DNA from: Candidatus Helarchaeota ASGARD archaeon Hel_GB_B | GTDB taxonomy: Archaea; Asgardarchaeota; Lokiarchaeia; Helarchaeales; HEL-GB-B | DNA length: 6,426 nt | Direction: 5' to 3' | NCBI GenBank assembly: GCA_005191425.1 | Contig: SUPR01000151.1 | Span: 1 to 6,426, forward strand | Shown here: positions 1 through 6,426 of the stretch, in pieces | Layout: every line of letters starts with the position of its first letter | How positions within the stretch are numbered: position 1 is the first letter of the stretch | Program-made: the position numbers and the translations under genes | Notes under the pieces: generated by a model | What the model saw: only the letters and a program-made list of their open reading frames with translations | The model's database searches: none | Told to the model about the DNA's origin: nothing

Positions 1-2181
1 GATGTTAAATGGAATGACCTAAGTCAATATAATCATTCTTCTGGCTATATCTGGAACCAAGGTATTCTATCATTATATCTAGTTCTCCTTAATGATACTT
101 CAGTAACCAAAGGATCCGGATATCCATTACCAAATGGTAGTGCTTATATCTCAAATAGCTCCGGGACACATTATCATAATGTTACCTTCCAAGAGGTCGG
201 GTGGTCTACCAGAGGTGGCGACCCTGTTATTTGCACTCAAGTAGGAAACTCTGCAGATGCACTTTATCGAGTTGATATCAATGTGACTTCTGTTCCAACA
301 ATATTTTCCTCTGAAGTAGGTACTGAATACAATATTAAATTAAGAATGAAAATTGCTACTACTTTTGAAATTGCCGGAAGTGTTTATAAGTGGGAAGATG
401 CTATTTTTTCGCTTAACTTAATAGTATTACCAGACGATGCCGAACTTAGCTTGGAATATTTTACACCGGATCGGAATGACCTCTATTGGGGAGATAAATT
501 CAATGTTACAATTTCATATAGAGATACTACTAACAATTTACCAATTACCAATGGTTCAGGAGATGTTTCAATAAAGTATGACATTATTTATTATATTGGA
601 GGCACTCCTTATATTATTTACACTGGATATGCTGTATCATCCAATCAGACAATTAGCCCTGGCCAATATTATACAGCTACTATTGATACTAATGATGTTA
701 ATTATGCTGAAAATTTTTCGATCCCTTTAGGTCAAACCAGCCGTGAGTTCTTCGTTAAATTTTATACAACTGATATTGGTTTTACAACACCAACACCAGA
801 CCCGGATTATGTAATACATAGACATAAGTATTATGAAGTACAATGGGATTTTTCATTAAAAGCTCGAATTATTGACATGCCCCATCCGACAGGTGACCAT
901 CTATCATTTACAGGCTGGTCTGGGACTGCGGAGATTGTCAAAAATGATTATTTGAATTTCACTATTCGAATTTTTGACGATTGTCCAAGGCCTATAGATG
1001 AAAATATTTCATTAAGAGCACCTGTAAAAGATGTAAATGTCACTTGGATTATTCCAGATTGGGCTGGTCTGCCAGTCTATAAAGGATGGGCATTAACTGA
1101 CGAAAATGGGACTGTGAATTTCTCAATTCCTACTTATTATCCCGCATTATCCTATAATTTCCCATATGAAGTCCAAATTTCATTCCAAAAACAGAATTAT
1201 GCAAGTTATTCAAAATCATTTACACTAAAAATTGTCAGAATTCCTGTAAGAATTAAATGGGTCGGAAATAGGCCTGGCTGCGTCCAAGGAGATATTCAAA
1301 AGGTTTCAGTTCAGATCTGGGATTATTCATATGACGAATATAAATCGGTAATTTCAAATCCAAGTGTCAATGTTTATTGCAGAGTTAAATTAGGTCCAGA
1401 AGTTGTTTATAATGAATTTAAATTAACATATATTGGAAATGGCACATTTGTCGGTGAAATTAATACATGGCCCACATTATTCCATTGGTTAGATGCTAAA
1501 GCTCATGAAATTGAATTTATGGTAGATTTACCAGATGAATATGTCGATATTGCTTATGGAACAAGAGATGCAGATGCTACTATAAGATTTAACATAGATA
1601 GTGCAGGACCATTTGGTCCACTTACAATGCCTATAGTTACAATACTCTCAATAATTGGTGCAATAGCCGCAGTTTATATCACTTATAAAGGCTATAAATT
1701 TTTAACTACTCCCTATCCGATTCGTAAAATCAATGAATCACTGAATAAGATTAAGAAAAATAAAAAGGTAGCATCCGGTGTAATGAAATCTAGAGAGCAT
1801 CTAATTTATCTAGAAATGGCAAGACGGTTCAAATTAATCGGCATCACAATAGAAGCACCTCCGAAAGAAAAATTAGAACCTATCTGGGAACCTTCAGTGC
1901 TCAAAAAGGAAAAAGAAGAACTAATGAAGAAAATACCTGAAGTACCACTCGAAATAATTGAAAAAGAATTGAAAGCTGCCGGAATTACTGATGAAGAAAT
2001 TCCAATTTACATGTCTCAAATAAAAGAATTAGATATCGTAGATCGACACGACTTTATTTCCAGCTTAGTCGGTGAAGAACGATGGGCTCAAATCGAAGCA
2101 GACTTAAAAAAAGACCTTGAAAAAATAGAACCTGGTAAAGAAGAAAAACCTAAAAAAGCAAAAGGTAAAAGCAAAAAATAA
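1..2181 (+). CDS. Large single-pass cell-surface (S-layer/adhesin-like) glycoprotein, 5'-truncated by the window edge (>=726 aa)
   Basis: Frame +1 has no stop from base 1 (DVKWNDLSQYNHSSGYIW...RVDINVTS), so the GTG at 283 is internal. The ectodomain is beta-rich (T/Y/N/I/V) with 16 N-X-S/T sequons. One TM helix lies at ~1621-1686 (LTMPIVTILSIIGAIAAVYITY), followed by a basic stop-transfer segment and a ~165 aa charged cytoplasmic tail. Stop TAA at 2179-2181. Confidence 0.85.
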   Translation, partial: DVKWNDLSQYNHSSGYIWNQGILSLYLVLLNDTSVTKGSGYPLPNGSAYISNSSGTHYHNVTFQEVGWSTRGGDPVICTQVGNSADALYRVDINVTSVPTIFSSEVGTEYNIKLRMKIATTFEIAGSVYKWEDAIFSLNLIVLPDDAELSLEYFTPDRNDLYWGDKFNVTISYRDTTNNLPITNGSGDVSIKYDIIYYIGGTPYIIYTGYAVSSNQTISPGQYYTATIDTNDVNYAENFSIPLGQTSREFFVKFYTTDIGFTTPTPDPDYVIHRHKYYEVQWDFSLKARIIDMPHPTGDHLSFTGWSGTAEIVKNDYLNFTIRIFDDCPRPIDENISLRAPVKDVNVTWIIPDWAGLPVYKGWALTDENGTVNFSIPTYYPALSYNFPYEVQISFQKQNYASYSKSFTLKIVRIPVRIKWVGNRPGCVQGDIQKVSVQIWDYSYDEYKSVISNPSVNVYCRVKLGPEVVYNEFKLTYIGNGTFVGEINTWPTLFHWLDAKAHEIEFMVDLPDEYVDIAYGTRDADATIRFNIDSAGPFGPLTMPIVTILSIIGAIAAVYITYKGYKFLTTPYPIRKINESLNKIKKNKKVASGVMKSREHLIYLEMARRFKLIGITIEAPPKEKLEPIWEPSVLKKEKEELMKKIPEVPLEIIEKELKAAGITDEEIPIYMSQIKELDIVDRHDFISSLVGEERWAQIEADLKKDLEKIEPGKEEKPKKAKGKSKK

Positions 2182-2185
2182 TTGA

Positions 2186-2232
2186 CTTTTTAAATTTTTT
2201 TCCCTTTTTTTTAATTTAATGCATTTTTTTAT
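2186..2232 (+). terminator. Archaeal oligo-U terminator region
   Basis: Clustered T-tracts start 5 nt after the stop: T5 (2187-2191), T7 (2195-2201), T8 (2205-2212) and a further tract at ~2224-2230. U-tract termination is established for archaea. Confidence 0.6.
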
Positions 2233-2304
2233 GTATTTTTATGTTATAAATAAACTGATTTTATTATTATTTTTTATAATTAAAAGATTTTATAACTAAA
2301 TTTC

Positions 2305-2643
2305 TTATTCTTCAATTATTATATCGTTTTTTTCCTCTTTTACTTGCCCACTTTTTTTCATTCTCCGCCAAAAATATATTTTTATAATCTTATACCAGAC
2401 ATAAAGACCTCCTACAATATAAACTAATGCAAGTAAAAACTGAACCGCTGCCGTTATTAAATCCCAGAATTTTTCAGCAATTGGCGTAACTATTGTCACA
2501 TTGGGAGTTAGATTGGTAACATATATTTTAATAAAAAGGAATAAACAAATTAAAGTTATCCAAATGCATGTAATCATTATTAATAAATAAAAATTTTCAC
2601 TTAATTCGTCCTTTATTTTGTTTATTAAGTTCATAGCATTCAT
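2305..2643 (-). CDS. Small 2-TM membrane protein of unknown function (112 aa; alternative ATG at 2634), co-operonic with the GPT gene
   Basis: Two hydrophobic helices (FYLLIMITCIWITLICLFLFIKIYV and LITAAVQFLLALVYIVGGLYVWYKIIKIYFW) and a basic C-terminal RRMKK. It starts 12 bp after the GPT stop on the same strand. Confidence 0.75.
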   Translation of the reverse strand: MNAMNLINKIKDELSENFYLLIMITCIWITLICLFLFIKIYVTNLTPNVTIVTPIAEKFWDLITAAVQFLLALVYIVGGLYVWYKIIKIYFWRRMKKSGQVKEEKNDIIIEE

Positions 2644-2655
2644 CCTTGTATTTTA

Positions 2656-3756
2656 TCAAATAATATGTATAAAAATAGTTAATAATAATGAAATAAATCC
2701 TAAAAAACAACTAAAAGAAGATAAAAGTAAAATATCAAGTGCGATCCTTTTTTCTGATTTTGGTTTATTTGCTAATAAAATTCTCATTAATGTTAATGGC
2801 GCTTTATGGTGATTACTTGCAGTAATCAGTCCATTAGGTAATATTTTAGTAGGTCTATACTTGATTTTTCTACCTTCAACAATTTTACCAATACTCGACA
2901 GCATTTGAAACGCATTAATCACAAACGGTAATATACAAATGATCACAATAAATTCTTGCCCCCCCAAAATTGCAATAGTAGTCAGTCCATAACCTATCGT
3001 AAGTGAGCCCACGTCACCATTAAATACTCTTGCAGGATATTTATTATATTTAAACAATATTATACTTGCCCCTGCCATAATTGCTGCGACAACAAGTCCT
3101 ATTAAGCCCTGCTCCACTGATGTAGGACTACCTCCCAACTTATCTTTAAGTGGAAAAATTATGAAAAAAATTGATGTAATAATCAGTGTGATAAATATTA
3201 TTGTTGAGCTCCCAGACATACTCCCATTGACCACGTCTAACATATTCATTGCATTGGAGACCACACTAAATGCAATTGGTACTATTATAAAATATATAAT
3301 TTGAATAGTAAAACTCCCAATCAGTGGAAAATAAGGAAATGGATTACATATTTTAATTATAAAGAATTGAATTATTAAAATTGGAACACCACCTAAAGTT
3401 AATAATATCGGTTTAACTTTTCCTTTTAATCTAACCTTGTCATCAATAATTCCTATTCCTCCCCCAATTTGAGTTGCTATTAAAAACCCTAGCATCTGAT
3501 ATGTAAATACATCAGTTGGATAATAAATTAATGCTATAATAAATATAATTGTCCCTGTAATTGTTATTGAAATTAATATCCCAACTCCTCCCATCTCTGG
3601 TATTTCCGGTAAACCCTTTTTATGAATATCTTTTCCTACAATCCCTTTATTCTTCATATATTTCATTATTCTTGGCATTATTATTTGTGTTAAAATTAAA
3701 GAAATTATCAGACCACTTATTGCTATTAAAATTATAAAAATAAAATCAGTTATCGT
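2656..3756 (-). CDS. aglH: UDP-GlcNAc:dolichyl/polyprenyl-phosphate GlcNAc-1-phosphotransferase (glycosyltransferase family 4; GPT/AglH/Alg7/DPAGT1-like)
   Basis: Family motifs GKDIHK..PEIPEMGG, GIIDD, NAMNMLDVVNG and YNKYPARVFNGDVGS, plus about 10 TM segments. The frame stays open upstream of the track's ATG (3678) to 3762 and encodes an extra hydrophobic helix (TDFIFIILIAISGLIISLILTQII). The proposed start is ACG at 3756 (366 aa); the start is less certain than the family call. Confidence 0.88.
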   Translation of the reverse strand, partial: TITDFIFIILIAISGLIISLILTQIIMPRIMKYMKNKGIVGKDIHKKGLPEIPEMGGVGILISITITGTIIFIIALIYYPTDVFTYQMLGFLIATQIGGGIGIIDDKVRLKGKVKPILLTLGGVPILIIQFFIIKICNPFPYFPLIGSFTIQIIYFIIVPIAFSVVSNAMNMLDVVNGSMSGSSTIIFITLIITSIFFIIFPLKDKLGGSPTSVEQGLIGLVVAAIMAGASIILFKYNKYPARVFNGDVGSLTIGYGLTTIAILGGQEFIVIICILPFVINAFQMLSSIGKIVEGRKIKYRPTKILPNGLITASNHHKAPLTLMRILLANKPKSEKRIALDILLLSSFSCFLGFISLLLTIFIHII

Positions 3757-4346
3757 TTTATTTTAACCTCTATACTTTTGTAGGATTTTTATTTAATATT
3801 TATATTTTTATTCTGATAATATTTTATCTTAATAATTTTTAGAAAAAAATTTTTATTGGAAAATAATTTCAACGAAATTAGTTTAGCATTTTATTTTTAA
3901 TACTTTTTGGTACCATAATTTGAAAAATAGTACTTATTTCATAATATATTACGAATTTAACATTATTCAGAAAATATTTCTTTAAATATAACCTTAAATT
4001 ATAGATAACATATTTAATAAATCGTTAATTTTCCCCAATTTAGTTAAAAAGTTTTTAGATTATTTTCTTTAAATTCGAATCAGCAATTATTTCAAATTGT
4101 TTTATCTAATTTTAAGCCGAATAGTATTAATGTAATCATTTAGTTAATAACTCTTTATTTCTCTTAAAATTTTATTATTTACTTTCAAATTAATTAATAA
4201 GTAGTACCAAAAAATATTTTAAATTTCACATCTCAATAATCTCAAATCTATAAATTTAATTTTAAATTTAAAATTCTAAAACAACAGATTTAAAAAATTA
4301 CATCAATAATGTATTAACAAAATTATAGGTCGAAGGAAAGATTTAA
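3757..4346. promoter_or_regulatory. Divergent promoter region (GPT operon / ribophorin I-like gene)
   Basis: About 590 bp, extremely AT-rich, no credible ORF, flanked by divergently oriented genes. Many TATA-like hexamers are present and none can be singled out. Confidence 0.55.
3766..3770 (-). promoter_or_regulatory. Shine-Dalgarno-like GAGGT upstream of the extended GPT frame
   Basis: The minus strand reads GAGGT-TAAAATAAA-ACG-ATA-ACT-GAT. GAGGT matches the core of the archaeal SD (GGAGGTGA) and sits 9 nt before the in-frame ACG. Confidence 0.5.
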
Positions 4347-6086
4347 TTGAAAAAAATTGCTTGGATATTGTTAATTAGTATATCAATTTCAATTTTTCTA
4401 TGTTTTATTCCTCAAACTTATGGATATACTCAACAAAATATTAAAATTATTTATATACACCGAAATTTTTCAATTTCTAGAAATGGTATTATTCAAATTA
4501 GTGATAATTATGAAGTTAAAAATATAGGGACTGATCCAGTCAATTTTATTTATATTGGATTGGATGAGACTTTCTATTCAAAAATATCATATTTATCGTG
4601 TATTGATTCTAATGGGCATAAAATGGACTTAAACAGAATACCTAGTTCTGGAAATGGTTTTGAACAGTGGATTTTATTGTTTTTAACTCCTTTATCGCCG
4701 TTGAAAACTATTAACTTCTCAATTACTATGGAATTTATCGATATTATGTCAATTTCATCGAATAAGCGACTTAATATTCAATTTAGTAAATATCCTGCAA
4801 GTCCATATACGATTCAAAAGTATGATGTAGATATTTATTCACCATCTGATAGCACTATTAATAATCCTTATACGGGACAGGATGCAACACCCCCCGTAAC
4901 TGCACCTACAGAAGAGAATTTAACACCATGGCAGGATACAAAATTAAATTTTCACATTACTTTTACTACTGGCACACCTATGCAAGGATTTGTATCAATA
5001 CTTCGGATTATAGATTTAAATCACCTGGGGTATATTCAAGTACAAGAGAAACATAGTGTACGGAATATAGGTCCTATTGGAATGGACGCTTTGAACAATC
5101 CCAAATTCTCGCTTCCAAATAATGCCAAAAACATAAAAATTTATGATAATTTCAGTGTTTTATCTTTTTCAGAAAAGTTGAGCGGACAATATAATAATAT
5201 CACAATAAGTTTACCCCCTGATAGATATGCTCCTCGAGTAGGCGAGACTTTTACTTATTATGTTAATTATATCCTACCTATTGAAGATTTTGTATCTTTT
5301 AATGGTGATATTGTCTATCTTAGAATTGACCTTCTATTTGGTGAATTCAATAGTCAAATTTACCATTACGTATCAAAATTAATACTCCCTACCGGTTCGT
5401 CAATAATTTCATTCTCAAGTGGAAATTCAAAAATAATATTAGACAATGATGATGGAAAACCTATTCTAAAATTTGATGATTATAAAATTACATATCGAGA
5501 TTCTGCGAATATAAATGTTGTGTATAATTCAATAGGTGCATACTGGTATTTGCTTGTTCATCCATTAATAATTTCTTTAATAATTAGTTTAATTGCTACT
5601 GCTTATGTTATAGTCAAACGAGGACTGCCTTATACACGCGTAGAAATTAAGCGGAAAACCGTAGTTTCTCCTTCTGCTTTACGGGAATTTTCCATACTTT
5701 ATGAGCAAAAAATTGCAGTTTTAATAGAAATGGACAAATTAGACAATGATTTCCAGCGTCGAAAGTTACGAAGTCGAGAATACAGGAAATTACATAAAAC
5801 CGCGGAAAAAAATTTACTAGAATTAGACAAATCTCTAGAAGAATTAAAACCTGAGTTCCGTAATGTTGGCGGACGTTATAAAGAGATAGTCGATAAATTA
5901 GAAATTCTAGAAGGTGAGAAAACTACAATTAAAGACAGCCTTATGCGATTACAAGCTAAATACAAACGAAAACAAATTAAACCAATTGCATATCGAAAAC
6001 TTAATGAAGATTTCCAAAATAGACTCAAAAAAATAAAGTCTAATATGGAAAAATTGGTCCAAGAGTTAAGAGATTATATTACATAA
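4347..6086 (+). CDS. RPN1: Ribophorin I (OST1/RPN1)-like oligosaccharyltransferase accessory subunit
   Basis: TTG start after GAAGGA, and a signal peptide (MKKIAWILLISISISIFLCFIPQTYG). Two related luminal beta-domain motifs (HRNFSISRNGIIQISDNYEVKNIG and LRIIDLNHLGYIQVQEKHSVRNIG) resemble the RPN1 'R.I..ShwG.i.veE...l.N.G' motif. DRYAPRVGE sits where RPN1 has PRYPLFGG. One TM helix (HPLIISLIISLIATAYVIV, ~5550-5615) precedes a helical cytoplasmic tail. This matches RPN1 architecture. Confidence 0.78.
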   Translation: MKKIAWILLISISISIFLCFIPQTYGYTQQNIKIIYIHRNFSISRNGIIQISDNYEVKNIGTDPVNFIYIGLDETFYSKISYLSCIDSNGHKMDLNRIPSSGNGFEQWILLFLTPLSPLKTINFSITMEFIDIMSISSNKRLNIQFSKYPASPYTIQKYDVDIYSPSDSTINNPYTGQDATPPVTAPTEENLTPWQDTKLNFHITFTTGTPMQGFVSILRIIDLNHLGYIQVQEKHSVRNIGPIGMDALNNPKFSLPNNAKNIKIYDNFSVLSFSEKLSGQYNNITISLPPDRYAPRVGETFTYYVNYILPIEDFVSFNGDIVYLRIDLLFGEFNSQIYHYVSKLILPTGSSIISFSSGNSKIILDNDDGKPILKFDDYKITYRDSANINVVYNSIGAYWYLLVHPLIISLIISLIATAYVIVKRGLPYTRVEIKRKTVVSPSALREFSILYEQKIAVLIEMDKLDNDFQRRKLRSREYRKLHKTAEKNLLELDKSLEELKPEFRNVGGRYKEIVDKLEILEGEKTTIKDSLMRLQAKYKRKQIKPIAYRKLNEDFQNRLKKIKSNMEKLVQELRDYIT

Positions 6087-6154
6087 AAGTATCAGATTGA
6101 TTGTCTGTTTATAACTTTTAATTTTCTATTATTTCTTTTATTGAAGTAATTAAA

Positions 6155-6346
6155 ATGATACGAATTTATATAGACTTAGAAAAATGTGTTGGATGCGGGC
6201 AATATATCAATGCATGTCCTTTAGGTATCTATTATATTGACCCAAAATTGAAAAAAGCCAAAATAGATGATCTTAAAAATTGTCTTGAATGTAGAGCTTG
6301 CGAAATTCAGTGTAAAAATGGTGCAATAAAAATTAATATAATTTGA
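6155..6346 (+). CDS. 2x[4Fe-4S] dicluster-type ferredoxin (63 aa), first motif degenerate
   Basis: IDLEKCVGCGQYINACP...CLECRACEIQCKNGAI fits the CxxCxxCxxxCP x2 pattern, except Tyr17 replaces the third Cys and K follows the last Cys. Confidence 0.85.
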   Translation: MIRIYIDLEKCVGCGQYINACPLGIYYIDPKLKKAKIDDLKNCLECRACEIQCKNGAIKINII

Positions 6347-6350
6347 AGCA

Positions 6351-6426
6351 TTGAACTACCATGCCCTAAAGGGCGATGGATTCGTAATTCATTGAAAATT
6401 GCTCTCCAAGGGAGAGTCTTACATCT
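6351..6426 (-). mobile_element. Right end of an IS200/IS605-family (TnpB/IS1341-type) element, continuing beyond the window
   Basis: The minus strand ends ...GAATCCATCGCCC-TTTA-GGGCATGGTAGTTCAA: a GC-rich subterminal hairpin (6359-6379, one bulge) followed by terminal TTCAA, the right-end signature known for ISDra2/IS608-type elements. A second hairpin CTCTCC-CTT-GGAGAG is at 6402-6416. GC content jumps abruptly relative to the flank. Confidence 0.72.
6366..6425 (-). CDS. tnpB: Probable extreme C-terminus of TnpB (partial)
   Basis: The minus frame reads DVRLSLGEQFSMNYESIAL*, with TAG at 6368-6366 inside the terminal hairpin. This resembles the DVR....Q.S...E.P.L tails I recall for TnpB ORFs that run into their own right end. 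Only 19 codons are visible. Confidence 0.45.
   Translation of the reverse strand, partial: DVRLSLGEQFSMNYESIAL

Larger units (their letters stand above)
6331..6426 (-). ncRNA. Putative omegaRNA/reRNA 3' part (scaffold to 6351, flank-derived guide ~6350-6331)
   Basis: It is established that TnpB reRNA overlaps the tnpB 3' end and the right end, and takes its guide from the adjacent flank. Two stem-loops are visible here. Expression is not shown. Confidence 0.4.

Noticed and set aside
283-285. GTG start assigned to the 632-aa ORF
   Set aside because: The frame is open and protein-like back to base 1 and no signal peptide follows the GTG, so it is an internal Val.
2146-2181. Lys-rich C-terminus (KPKKAKGKSKK) as a eukaryote-like dilysine ER-retrieval signal
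   Set aside because: KKXX and KXKXX need Lys at position -3, and here -3 is Ser. Lys-rich tails are also expected in AT-rich genomes.
2618-2812. 64-aa plus-strand ORF from the ORF track
   Set aside because: It lies almost entirely antisense to the GPT 3' end and the small-protein start, has no recognisable motif, and is best explained as a shadow ORF.
3780-4340. Possible tRNA, structured ncRNA, CRISPR array or small ORF in the intergenic region
   Set aside because: The region is too AT-rich for a stable RNA fold, shows no regularly spaced repeats, and has no ORF with credible composition.
6108-6114. TTTATAA as the ferredoxin TATA box
   Set aside because: The position is plausible (~40 bp before the ATG), but such words are too frequent in this AT-rich DNA and no purine-rich BRE precedes it.
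6310-6426. Open minus-strand frame RCKTLPWRAIFNELRIHRPLGHGSSMLQ... running across the IS end into the ferredoxin
   Set aside because: It crosses the element boundary and overlaps the ferredoxin antisense. The adjacent frame (DVRL...ESIAL*) fits a TnpB tail better.

Overview
AT-rich archaeal window, most consistent with Asgard archaea (Loki/Helarchaeia-like, inferred from the ribophorin I-like gene and the style of the surface protein). It looks like an N-glycosylation locus. From left to right: (1) a 5'-truncated, sequon-rich single-pass surface protein, whose frame is open from base 1 rather than 283; (2) a minus-strand two-gene operon with a GPT/AglH/Alg7-type UDP-GlcNAc:polyprenyl-phosphate GlcNAc-1-P transferase and an unknown 2-TM small protein, where the transferase's first TM helix lies upstream of the called ATG and seems to need a non-canonical ACG start; (3) a ~590 bp very AT-rich divergent intergenic region; (4) a ribophorin I (OST1/RPN1)-like protein; (5) a 2x[4Fe-4S]-type ferredoxin with one ligand Cys replaced by Tyr; (6) the right end of a minus-strand IS200/IS605 (TnpB-type) element 4 bp after the ferredoxin stop, whose predicted omegaRNA guide would be antisense to the ferredoxin 3' end. 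All family calls come from motif recognition by eye; no database search was run.
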